A stretch of 41,887 nt of DNA, taken from positions 1 to 41,887 of the forward strand of contig DATDJN010000109.1 in the NCBI GenBank assembly GCA_036520515.1. Reading direction: 5' to 3'. This document shows, in pieces, positions 26,456 through 35,720 of the stretch (position 1 is the stretch's first letter; each line of letters begins with the position of its first letter). Both the position numbers and the translations under genes were made by a program. Origin of the DNA: Rhizobiaceae bacterium (lineage in GTDB: Bacteria > Pseudomonadota > Alphaproteobacteria > Rhizobiales > Rhizobiaceae). The notes beneath the pieces were generated by a model. It did not search any database. It was not told the origin of the DNA and worked only from the letters and a program-made list of their open reading frames with translations.

Positions 26456-27712
26456 ATGCATGAGAAATTTTCGGGGCGGCTGGCCATCCTCGGGATGGGG
26501 TATATCGGCCTGCCAACGGCAGTCGCTTTGGCCACCCGCGGTGTCGAGGTGATCGGCGTGGACGTCAATCCGAAGATCGTGCAAGCCATTTCGAAAGGGG
26601 AGGTCCCCTTCATCGAGCCGGATCTCGCGGTTGGAGTCAGCGGAGCAGTCGCGATGGGGCGGCTGACCGTAATGACGGAGACCCCGGAAGCGGACGCCTA
26701 TATTATCGCGGTACCTACTCCATTCAACGGTGACCGTACCGCTGACCTCTCCTACGTGCGCGCGGCCGCCGAGCAGATTGCCCCGCGCCTGCGGCCCGGC
26801 AACGTCATCGTTCTCGAGTCCACATCCCCACCCGGCACCACTGAAAACGTGGCGCGGTGGATCGGCAGTCTGAGGCCGGATTTGAAGATGCCACACGACG
26901 GAGAGAACGGAGCGGACATCGCCGTGGCGCATTGCCCGGAGCGCGTCCTTCCCGGCCGCATTATGATCGAGATCATAACCAACGATCGAGTTGTCGGCGG
27001 CCTCACTCGGCATTGCGCTGAGCGGGCCGCGTCGATTTACCGTGTGTTCGCGCAAGGCGAGGTGCTTCTGACCGACGCCGCCAGCGCGGAGATGGCCAAG
27101 CTGGTGGAGAATGCATATCGCGACGTGAACATCGCGTTCGCCAACGAAATGTCGCTGATAAGCGAGTCTCTCCATATCGACGTGTGGGAGGTGATCCGGC
27201 TGGCCAACCGCCACCCGCGCGTGAACATCCTTAGCCCAGGTCCTGGCGTAGGCGGGCACTGCATCCCGGTGGACCCCTGGTTCATCGTCTCCGCCGCGCC
27301 GCAACTGGCGCGGCTGATTAGGACCGCCCGCGAGGTCAACGATCATCGTCCACATCATGTCGCGGAGCAGGTCATTGGAAAGGCGCAGCGTTTCCGCTCG
27401 CCGACGATCGCCTGTCTGGGCCTCACGTTCAAAGCGAACGTGGATGACGTCCGCGAAAGTCCGGCGATCGAGATCGTCGGACTGATCGCAAATGCGCTGC
27501 CAGACGTGGAAGTGCTTATCTCCGATCCGTTTGTCGACACGGTTCCTCCCGCGCTGTCGGCGCATGCCAATGTTCGCATGGAGGGGGCCTATGAAGCGGT
27601 TGAGCGGGCGGACATTGTCGTACTCCTCGTCGAACACGAACCGTTCAAGTCGATCCGCAGCACGCGACTGGGTGGAAAGGTCGTCTACGACACACGCGGG
27701 GTATGGCGCTGA
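26456..27712 (+). CDS. wecC: UDP-N-acetyl-D-mannosamine dehydrogenase
   Basis: GMGYIGLPTA, IAVPTP, LESTSPPGTT, HCPERVLPG, KLVENAYRDVNIAFANE, GPGVGGHCI, FKANVDDVRESP. Confidence 0.92.
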   Translation: MHEKFSGRLAILGMGYIGLPTAVALATRGVEVIGVDVNPKIVQAISKGEVPFIEPDLAVGVSGAVAMGRLTVMTETPEADAYIIAVPTPFNGDRTADLSYVRAAAEQIAPRLRPGNVIVLESTSPPGTTENVARWIGSLRPDLKMPHDGENGADIAVAHCPERVLPGRIMIEIITNDRVVGGLTRHCAERAASIYRVFAQGEVLLTDAASAEMAKLVENAYRDVNIAFANEMSLISESLHIDVWEVIRLANRHPRVNILSPGPGVGGHCIPVDPWFIVSAAPQLARLIRTAREVNDHRPHHVAEQVIGKAQRFRSPTIACLGLTFKANVDDVRESPAIEIVGLIANALPDVEVLISDPFVDTVPPALSAHANVRMEGAYEAVERADIVVLLVEHEPFKSIRSTRLGGKVVYDTRGVWR

Positions 27713-28470
27713 GGAGAAGGCTGCCCAAGTCTGTCACGGTTCGATCGTTAGTAGATGGGATCAGAGCAATGCCTTCTCGCACTGCCGTAGCCGATGGCCA
27801 CGATAGAACAGCAACGAGCAAGTTCAGACTGGCTCGGTTTGGCCTGTTTCTTGATGTCATCAATTCCATTCCAGTCACCGCTCGCCCCTTGCGCATTCTC
27901 GACGTCGGTGGCCTTGAGTCCTATTGGGCGGACAAACGACCGCTGATCTCCCGGCCGACGGAAATCACGCTGGTGAATCTGGACGTTCTGCCCGTTACGA
28001 GACCAGGTTTCGTATCGCTGCGCGCAGACGCTTGCGACATGCGGGATTTTTCCGATGGTAGCTTTGACGTCGTTCATTCAAATTCGGTCATCGAACATGT
28101 TGGTATGTGGTCGAACATGATGGCCATGGCGAACGAAATACGCAGGATCGCTCCAAACTATTTCGTGCAAACGCCCTATTTCTGGTTTCCCATTGAACCT
28201 CACGCGAGAACGCCATTTCTTCATTGGCTTCCGGAATCGCTCAAGTTCAGGATCGTCATGGCGAGAGCATGCGGGCCTTACTGGCCTAAGGCGGCGACTG
28301 TGGACCAAGCAATGCGGGACATTCAGAGCGCTATCCTTCTCGACAAAAGGATGCTTTCCGCGCTTTTTCCCGACGCTAAGATCGTACCTGAAAAAATCTG
28401 CGGATTAACCAAGTCGCTGATGGCGATCAGAAAGAGTTCAGAGGCCGTCGCGCCCCATGGAAAACAATAG
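27703..28470 (+). CDS. Class I SAM-dependent methyltransferase
   Basis: ILDVGG, ADACDM, FDVVHSNSVIEHVG, VQTPYFWFPIEPH. Confidence 0.87.
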   Translation: MALRRRLPKSVTVRSLVDGIRAMPSRTAVADGHDRTATSKFRLARFGLFLDVINSIPVTARPLRILDVGGLESYWADKRPLISRPTEITLVNLDVLPVTRPGFVSLRADACDMRDFSDGSFDVVHSNSVIEHVGMWSNMMAMANEIRRIAPNYFVQTPYFWFPIEPHARTPFLHWLPESLKFRIVMARACGPYWPKAATVDQAMRDIQSAILLDKRMLSALFPDAKIVPEKICGLTKSLMAIRKSSEAVAPHGKQ

Positions 28471-28655
28471 TCTTATCCGCGGCGGGTCAGATCTCGCCGG
28501 TCGCTTCCGGCTGGGCCTAGTCTAGATGCTATGCCATTGCCCGTGTTCACCCCCAGATCATGACGCGGAAAGTGGATGCCTATTTTCGGCGAAGGCGATG
28601 CGAGCACAAAAACCTTGAAGTAGCCGGTCCAGACCCAAGAATTACGGGGCTTACT

Positions 28656-29840
28656 TTAGGCCGCAAAGCCGTCCACGAAGTTGTCGGGGTGCAGCACGGT
28701 GGCTTGCGGTCTGAATTCGGACGGACGGCTTCCGAACCCCAGGAAATGCTCGATCGCCTGCACCGAGCGCACCGCGGCGCTTCCGTCCCCGTATGGGTTC
28801 GCGGCGCGAGCCATCGTATGGTACGCCACCTCGTTGGTCAGAAGCCTTTTTGTCTCGTCGAAGATCACTTCCCCGTCGGTCCCGACCAGCTTCACTGTGC
28901 CGGCGGCGACGGCCTCGGGGCGTTCAGTCGTTTCGCGCAGGACCAGCACGGGCTTGCCGAACGACGGAGCTTCCTCCTGCACGCCACCGCTGTCGGTCAA
29001 CACCACACTGCAGCCGTGCATGGCCCAAGCGAAATCGCTGTAGCCTAGAGGCTCGGTGATCAGGACGTTTGGACAGCCCGCCAGTGGCGGAAGCAGGACC
29101 TCCCGGACGGCAGGATTGAGGTGCGCGGGCAGCAAGAAGACGATATCCGGGAACGCGGTTGCGAGGCGCGCGACGGCGTTTGCCACCCGCGCCATCGGTT
29201 CGCCCCAGGACTCGCGTCTGTGCGCGGTGACGAGGACGCTCCGCCTGCCGGCAATCGCGGCAATAGCCTTGTTCTCAAGCGGTAGCCTCAATGAGACCAC
29301 GTGGCGAAGCGCGTCGATCACGGTGTTCCCGGTCACGATGATGTCCTCTTCGCTGACGCCGTCACGCAGCAGGTTGCTCTTTGCCGCGTGGGTCGGCGCC
29401 AGGTGGACGGCGGCGAGCTGGGTCGTCAGCCGGCGGTTGATCTCCTCGGGGAACGGATTGTAGCGCTCGCCCGTCCTTAGTCCCGCCTCGAGATGGATCA
29501 CCGGAATCTTCCGGCAGAAGGCTGCCAGTGACGCGGCAAAGCAGGTCGTGGTGTCGCCCTGGACCGCCACCGCGTCAGGAGACTCGGACTCGATGATGTC
29601 CGCCAGTCCGCAGAGCACACGGGACGTTACGTCCTCCAGCCTTTGTCGCGGCGTCAGAATGTCGAGATCGTAGCTTGGCTGGATTCCGAAGAGCTGGTTG
29701 ACCTGGTCGAGCATCGCTCTGTGCTGGCCGGTGACCGCAACCACGGGCCTGCAGCAGGCCGACTTGCCCAATTCGGCGACGAGTGGCGCCATCTTGATCG
29801 CTTCGGGACGCGTTCCATAGACAACGAGCACTTTGCGCAT
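28656..29840 (-). CDS. wecB: UDP-N-acetylglucosamine 2-epimerase (non-hydrolysing)
   Basis: GTRPEAIKMAP, TGQH, QGDTTT, HLEAGLR, FPEE, TGNTVID, TAHRRE, TDSGGVQEE, TERPE, NPYGDG. Confidence 0.96.
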   Translation of the reverse strand: MRKVLVVYGTRPEAIKMAPLVAELGKSACCRPVVAVTGQHRAMLDQVNQLFGIQPSYDLDILTPRQRLEDVTSRVLCGLADIIESESPDAVAVQGDTTTCFAASLAAFCRKIPVIHLEAGLRTGERYNPFPEEINRRLTTQLAAVHLAPTHAAKSNLLRDGVSEEDIIVTGNTVIDALRHVVSLRLPLENKAIAAIAGRRSVLVTAHRRESWGEPMARVANAVARLATAFPDIVFLLPAHLNPAVREVLLPPLAGCPNVLITEPLGYSDFAWAMHGCSVVLTDSGGVQEEAPSFGKPVLVLRETTERPEAVAAGTVKLVGTDGEVIFDETKRLLTNEVAYHTMARAANPYGDGSAAVRSVQAIEHFLGFGSRPSEFRPQATVLHPDNFVDGFAA

Positions 29841-29901
29841 GGCCAGGCTCCCGTAGGGTTCCGTTCATGCGGACCAGCCTTGGCCAGCATGCAGGCGAAG
29901 G

Positions 29902-30681
29902 TCAGTAGCCGTACTTGTCAGGCGTGTACCGGCACTTGTTGAGCACGACGCCTGCGACTTTCGTCTGTTCGGCCAGGCTGTGCTCGCAGATGTCGACTTC
30001 GCGAATAGTCGTCGTTTCGGCGCCCGCTACCAGGATCGCGCAGTCGACATTCGGCATGAATGCGATGACGTCGTCGCAGACGAGCATCGGAGGCAAGTCG
30101 TAGATCACGACGTGCGGCTCCAGCCTCTTCCTCAGGCCGAGCAGCGCCGCGCGCGCACTCGGCTGCTGCAGCAGCTCCGACGAGGATTGCACCGGACGGC
30201 CGTTTGTTCCGATGGCAAGGTTGTCGCCACAGCGGACGAAGGCTTCCTCGACGCTTTTCCTGCCTCGCAGGAATTCTTCCATCGACGGCGCACCCTTCTG
30301 TGCGAGCAGGTTGGCCAATTCCGGCCGCCGGAGGTCCAGGTCCAGCAGCACCGTGCGCAGTTCCTTCTGCCGAGAAAGGCTGAAGGCAAGATTCGTCGCC
30401 ACGACACTCTTGCCGCAGGCCGCCGTGGGCGATGTGATGCCTACCGTGGTCCAGCCTTTTGCGCGCATCGCCTGCAAGAGTTTGGTCCGCAGCATGTCGA
30501 ATGGCGCGCAGGCAGGGTTCAACTGACTGAGCGTGATGATGCGGTTGTCGGCGAGGATTGCGGGGTTTACGTCGAGTGCCGGAATACCGGCCCACCCCGT
30601 CCCGGGTGCCAGTCGCGACACGGCCTGCGCCACGTCGGAGATGCGCCGAGCCGTCTGCAAAACTTCTCCGTTACGTTCCAT
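29902..30681 (-). CDS. CpsD/CapB-family bacterial tyrosine kinase (stand-alone BY-kinase domain)
   Basis: FDMLRT, Walker A TSPTAACGKS, DLDLRRP, VIYDLPP, VVLNK and Tyr-containing tail YTPDKYGY. Confidence 0.9.
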   Translation of the reverse strand: MERNGEVLQTARRISDVAQAVSRLAPGTGWAGIPALDVNPAILADNRIITLSQLNPACAPFDMLRTKLLQAMRAKGWTTVGITSPTAACGKSVVATNLAFSLSRQKELRTVLLDLDLRRPELANLLAQKGAPSMEEFLRGRKSVEEAFVRCGDNLAIGTNGRPVQSSSELLQQPSARAALLGLRKRLEPHVVIYDLPPMLVCDDVIAFMPNVDCAILVAGAETTTIREVDICEHSLAEQTKVAGVVLNKCRYTPDKYGY

Positions 30682-30747
30682 GCCACGCCGCCATCCGTCT
30701 CGAGCTCGATTTTCCCGCTTCTTGGCCCGTCTGGTAACCTTCTGCCT

Positions 30748-32247
30748 TCAGATGATCCGATCGCGCGGTGGGTAGAAATGATGGACTGCGAGAGCCGCAG
30801 CCGTCGCCGCGCCGAGGGCGCCCAGTACGGCCGCCCCGCGCTTGAACAAGGACCCCCGGCTCTTGGGAGTGACCTCTATGAACGGAATGGTCGCCAGCGG
30901 CTCGGAGCCGAGCAGACGCGACAGCTCCATCGGCCGCCGGATCGTCTTGTTCAAGAATTCGAGAAGCACGACGAAACCCGCGCCCAAGCCGATTCCGGCC
31001 AACGCTGCTTTCGCCGCGATGCGTCTCCGACTGGGGTTTGTCGGCTTCTCCGGCGGGGTTGCCGCCTCCACGAGCGAAAACCTGGGCCCCTTGGAGAGCA
31101 ACTCGATCTGTTCGCCCGTCTTCGCTTCCGCGAGCCGCGCTACGGCGCTGTTGTATTGGGTCTGGATGTTGGCGCGGTCCCGTTCGAGCGCGCTGAGTGC
31201 GGTCTCGGTTGCGGGCGTCGCTTCTATGGATCGCGTCAGCTGCTCAAGTTCGCCAGCGATCGCATCTTTTTCGCTTCCTATGAGCCGGATCCGCTCGTCT
31301 ATCTCCGCAACTTGAAATCCGAGCGGAGACAAGCCTGGGGACTTGCGGCCGACTTCCCCATCGCCGCCGGACAGCATCTGTTCCTGCAGCCGAGCTATCC
31401 GTTCCCGGAGCGCCACAACATTCGCGCTGTCCTCCGTGAAGACCGACAGCTGGTCCGACAGAGCGCGGTTGAGATCCAGCAACTGCTGCTGCTCAGGAGT
31501 GAGAACCGCCGAGCTTTCCGCACGGCCGACCGACAAATCCGCTTTCCGGAATCTGAGATCCGCCTCTTCGCGCTCTAGCGTTGTGAGCCTCTCCTGCAAG
31601 GCGCCCTGCCTCGCGCGGCGGAACTCGAGCCCGTCCGGCAAGGAATCCCCGTGCCCGTTCTTGAACTTGAGGACCTCGTCTTCGGCCCGTTCCAACTCGG
31701 CGATGAGCCGTGCCACCTCGTCGCTGAAGAACTGCGTTGCGCCTTTGGCCCGTCCCGTTCGCAGGCGTGCGTTCCGGTCGAGAATGAGTTCTACGAACTC
31801 ATTCACCACGCCGGCAGCAATCTTGGGGTCCTCGGCGCCGAAGGACACGTTGAACACTGTTGCACCCGCGCCGCTCGCGTCCAACTTGACCTGATCGAAG
31901 TGCAGGCGGTCCTGCATGTCCTCCTCGATCTCGGAGTTCGATAGGCCGGCCCGCGCCTCTCCATAAACGTTCATCTTGTCTGCGAGCGCCAGAAGGTTCT
32001 CGCGTGTGGTCACCTGCTTCCGAACGACCTGCAACTGTTCCAGCGCGTTTACAGGGGAGGGCGCTCCGACCGCCGACTCTGAAACTTGCGGTGCCTCGAA
32101 CAGAAAAGTTGCCTCCGCCCTGTAGGTTCGGGGGGTCATGATGGCGGCCGCAACGCCGATCGCCGCCACCGCAATGACGATGGCGATGAAATACGGCAGT
32201 CTTCGCAGGAAGATCGCCAGGTAGAAACGAAGGTCCAGATCGGCCAT
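30748..32247 (-). CDS. Polysaccharide co-polymerase / chain-length determinant (GumC/Wzz-like)
   Basis: N-terminal TM (RRLPYFIAIV...), long coiled coil, FSLVEAATPPEKP, second TM, KTIRRPMEL. ORF is open to 32295; ATG at 32247 chosen. Confidence 0.88.
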   Translation of the reverse strand: MADLDLRFYLAIFLRRLPYFIAIVIAVAAIGVAAAIMTPRTYRAEATFLFEAPQVSESAVGAPSPVNALEQLQVVRKQVTTRENLLALADKMNVYGEARAGLSNSEIEEDMQDRLHFDQVKLDASGAGATVFNVSFGAEDPKIAAGVVNEFVELILDRNARLRTGRAKGATQFFSDEVARLIAELERAEDEVLKFKNGHGDSLPDGLEFRRARQGALQERLTTLEREEADLRFRKADLSVGRAESSAVLTPEQQQLLDLNRALSDQLSVFTEDSANVVALRERIARLQEQMLSGGDGEVGRKSPGLSPLGFQVAEIDERIRLIGSEKDAIAGELEQLTRSIEATPATETALSALERDRANIQTQYNSAVARLAEAKTGEQIELLSKGPRFSLVEAATPPEKPTNPSRRRIAAKAALAGIGLGAGFVVLLEFLNKTIRRPMELSRLLGSEPLATIPFIEVTPKSRGSLFKRGAAVLGALGAATAAALAVHHFYPPRDRII

Positions 32248-32384
32248 GATTACGATGCCCCAATGCCCTGGCACTCCAGGCCCTGTGGGACTCAATCTCA
32301 GGCCACTCGTCCGCGCATGGTAGACATTCGAAGGAGGGTATGTCGCATGGCAGGCTAATCCCTATGGCTAAGCCATTGCGCTTC

Positions 32385-32405
32385 GGAACCTACGCATGAG
32401 GTAGG
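32385..32405. promoter_or_regulatory. Palindromic candidate operator CCTAC-N7-GTAGG in divergent promoter region
   Basis: GGAACCTACGCATGAGGTAGG; related sequences at 1534-1548 and 18999-19009. Confidence 0.45.
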
Positions 32406-32966
32406 GCCACTATCTCAGCGCTATTCATGACGCGAAGGGCGGCCGGACTCACAGTGATTTCCGCGTCGAGATAGCCCGGCGGGAATGACCGCGGTTGCGG
32501 TGCTACCGCATCGAAGGAACTGACTGGGGGCCACATCCACCACGCGGACATCCGGGGCGAACGCAACGCGATCTGCACGGTGCGGTCCGTGCAGCTTTGC
32601 CGCCAGGATGATCTTCGATGTAGCGCGACAGACCTTCTCTCCGTTGTGCGCGGGGATGGTCATACCGGATGATAGCGGATTGGCCGCCTAGCGTGGACGG
32701 GCAGGATTTGTTGCGATGCCGTTCCCGCGTCCCTCCGCTCCCGATTGGTGAAACCGCCTCCTAGCGGTGCCTCGCGTGGCATCCGATGAATTGCGATCAA
32801 CGCGGCATCCGCCAAAAGTCGTATTATGTACTTCGAACGAACATTACTTTCACCAAACACAAAATAACTCCCACAAAATTGCATAAGGAGCGCAGGGCCT
32901 AAATCAAACTGCTTACCGGTGGCTGATTGAAGCAAAAATGCCCGCAAATTTACATGGCGACAACCG

Positions 32967-33656
32967 ATGGGGGGGGCGCCGATGCGCAGAGAGCAATATG
33001 GATCCTACGCGCACGGCCTGCCCGTCATCCCGGCGCAGCGAGCGGCGCCTAACCGCTTCTATCCGGCGGCCAAGCGGTTGCTGGACATCGCAGTAATCCT
33101 GCTGCTCGCTCCGTTCGTGCTCCTCGTCGTTGGAATATTGGCATTGCTCATTCGTCTGGACGGGGGCACGGCCTTCTATTGCCAGTCGCGCGTTGGGAAA
33201 GACGGCGAACTTTTCAACTTCTGGAAGCTCCGCACTATGGTACCGAACGCGAAGGAGCGCCTGGAGGAATACCTGAGTCTGAACCCGGCCGCCCGAGCCG
33301 AGTGGGACCGAACCCAGAAGTTGGCGGACGACCCTCGGATCACCAAGCTGGGCAGGCACCTGCGCAAATACTCGATCGACGAACTGCCACAATTGTTCAA
33401 CGTATTGCGCGGCGACATGAGCGTCGTCGGGCCGCGTCCGATAATGCCAGAGCAGCGCCAATATTATCATGAAACCGCGTACTTCGGCATGCGTCCCGGG
33501 ATAACTGGCCTGTGGCAGGTCAGCGAGCGCAACGCCTGTACGTTCGCCGAGCGCGCCAAGCACGACACCCGGTATGCGGCCACTATGTCGTTTGCGACCG
33601 ACCTGCGAATTCTCCTGCTGACGTTCGCCGTGGTGTTCCGCGGAACAGGAATCTGA
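32967..33656 (+). CDS. Priming (initiating) phosphoglycosyl transferase, ExoY/WbaP C-terminal type
   Basis: KRLLDI, single TM, WKLRTM, DDPRIT, SIDELPQLFNVLRGDMSVVGPRP, RPGITGLWQV. Confidence 0.95.
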   Translation: MGGAPMRREQYGSYAHGLPVIPAQRAAPNRFYPAAKRLLDIAVILLLAPFVLLVVGILALLIRLDGGTAFYCQSRVGKDGELFNFWKLRTMVPNAKERLEEYLSLNPAARAEWDRTQKLADDPRITKLGRHLRKYSIDELPQLFNVLRGDMSVVGPRPIMPEQRQYYHETAYFGMRPGITGLWQVSERNACTFAERAKHDTRYAATMSFATDLRILLLTFAVVFRGTGI

Positions 33657-33923
33657 CGCCTGTGAGTCCTGAGCTTGACTGCTCCCGGTTTCATCACACT
33701 GCCCGCTCTTGGAAGCACTGACGGCATGAGCAACCCCAACAAGCAGCTAGCCAAGCTCACAGTCGGCTGGCGCGATGAGATCCATCAGTCTTTGCAGCCG
33801 AAGCGGGTGGATGTTACCGATGCCGGCAGGACCATTTCGGCATCGGTTGACCAATCCTTGGCGCAGATATCGTAGGCAGATTTCCCTCTGACAGCACCCG
33901 GCCGCTATTTGGGCGAGACGTCC

Positions 33924-35714
33924 ATGGCAACTGCATCCAGATTTCCCTACTTGGGGAAGAGCCTGATCGAGATCGGCATCTTCTCGGCAGTCTCCAACAT
34001 GCTGTTGCTGGTGATGCCGCTATATCTCCTGCAGATCTACGATCGCGTTCTGCCGTCCTCCAGCATGAGCACGCTGGTCTACATCAGCCTTTTGGCCGCG
34101 GCAGCGCTCGTCGTACACGGCGTGATTGAAATCATCCGCGCCAATTATGCCGACAGGGTTGCGGCGCGACTGGACACGGCGATCGGCTCCGATGCCTTCC
34201 TTGCATCGATGACTGGACCGCGCGCTGCGCTGGGTGATGTTCAGCCGCTGCGCGACCTGTCGACCGTCCGTACCTTCATCAACTCGCGCTCGCTCTTTTT
34301 CCTGTTCGATCTGCCGTTCTCGCCTCTCTTCATCGCGCTGCTCTATCTCATCCATCCCGTGCTGTTCTACATCACCCTATTCGGCGCGGTGGTGATGGTA
34401 GGAGTGGCTCTCGCCAACCAGAGGGCGACGGTCAGGTCAGGCCAGCAGGCAGTCGATTCCATGACGGCCTCGATGAACGTGGCGCAATCTTTCGGCCGCA
34501 ACTTCGAGACGGTGCGCGCGCTCGGAATGATCTCGAACGTAACGGAAGTGTGGGGCAGCATATTCGCCGGGTCGATCAATCTGTCGACCAAGGTTGCGCG
34601 CCGTAACGCTTTCTTCGGCGGCTTCTCGCGCACCGTTCGCCAGTTGCTGCAGAATGGCATTCTCGGAGCCGGCGCCTATCTCGTTCTGCAAAACGAGATG
34701 ACGGCAGGGATGATCTTCGCCTCTTCCATCGTATCGGGCCGAGCCCTCCAGCCGCTCGACCAGATTATTGGCGACTGGCGCCACGTCTTTGAAGTGCACC
34801 GCGCCTGGAGGCGGATGAAGAGCATCGATACGGCTACGGCCAACAAGGATAACATCGAACTGCCGCAGTTGAACGGCGACATCTCCGTCGAGGGACTGAT
34901 CTACTTTCCACCGGACGCCGACCGCGCTGCCGAGCCGCTGATCAAGCGGATCACCTTCCGCGTCGAGGCGGGCGAGATGGTAGCGATCATCGGCCCCAGC
35001 CGCGCTGGCAAATCGACGCTTGCCCGCCTGATCGTCGGCGCCATCAAGCCGCACGGCGGCGTCATCCGTATCGACGGCGCGGACGTCCAGAACTTCGATT
35101 CCGACTATCTCGGTCGTCACATCGGCTATCTTAGCCAGGAGGTCGAGCTTTTTCCGGGAACGATCGCCGAGAACATCTCGCGCTTCGAGCCGAAGGTTGA
35201 TGAGGCCGCGATCGTGCGCGCGGCCGAACATGCCGAGACGCACAGGCTCGTGCTCGCCCAAAAGGACGGCTACGCGACCGCGATCGGGGCGACCGGCGTG
35301 CGCCTGTCCGGCGGCGAGCGCCAGCGGATCGGGCTTGCCCGTGCCTTCTATGGCGATCCCAGGATAATGATGCTCGACGAGCCGAATGCCAGCCTGGATG
35401 CGGAAGGGGAGCAGGCGCTGGAGCGCGCCGTGCTAGACGCCAAGCAACGCGGCACCACGATCCTGCTCATTACCCACCACGCGCCCATTGCGGCTAAATG
35501 CGACCGCATTCTGATGCTACGGGACGGGATGATCGAGATGTACGGCCCGGCCCAGGATGTGTTGCAGAGGCTGGCGCAGTCCTCGGCGGAGACCGCGCCT
35601 GGCTCGGAAACGGCAACCTCGCCGCAGCACGAGTCGACGCAGCCGCAGTCCGAGCAGTCAGCCTCACGGCCCACGGCTTCATTCGCGACGATGATGCGCG
35701 CCAAAATCAACTAG
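33924..35714 (+). CDS. Type I secretion ABC permease/ATPase (PrtD/AprD type)
   Basis: LYLLQIYDRVL, FDLPF, Walker A GPSRAGKST, LSGGERQRIGLARA, LDEPNASLD. No C39 peptidase domain. Confidence 0.94.
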   Translation: MATASRFPYLGKSLIEIGIFSAVSNMLLLVMPLYLLQIYDRVLPSSSMSTLVYISLLAAAALVVHGVIEIIRANYADRVAARLDTAIGSDAFLASMTGPRAALGDVQPLRDLSTVRTFINSRSLFFLFDLPFSPLFIALLYLIHPVLFYITLFGAVVMVGVALANQRATVRSGQQAVDSMTASMNVAQSFGRNFETVRALGMISNVTEVWGSIFAGSINLSTKVARRNAFFGGFSRTVRQLLQNGILGAGAYLVLQNEMTAGMIFASSIVSGRALQPLDQIIGDWRHVFEVHRAWRRMKSIDTATANKDNIELPQLNGDISVEGLIYFPPDADRAAEPLIKRITFRVEAGEMVAIIGPSRAGKSTLARLIVGAIKPHGGVIRIDGADVQNFDSDYLGRHIGYLSQEVELFPGTIAENISRFEPKVDEAAIVRAAEHAETHRLVLAQKDGYATAIGATGVRLSGGERQRIGLARAFYGDPRIMMLDEPNASLDAEGEQALERAVLDAKQRGTTILLITHHAPIAAKCDRILMLRDGMIEMYGPAQDVLQRLAQSSAETAPGSETATSPQHESTQPQSEQSASRPTASFATMMRAKIN

Positions 35715-35720
35715 GTCCCG

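Noticed and set aside
29980-31578. 532-aa plus-strand ORF
   Set aside because: Antisense to the kinase and co-polymerase genes; no motifs.
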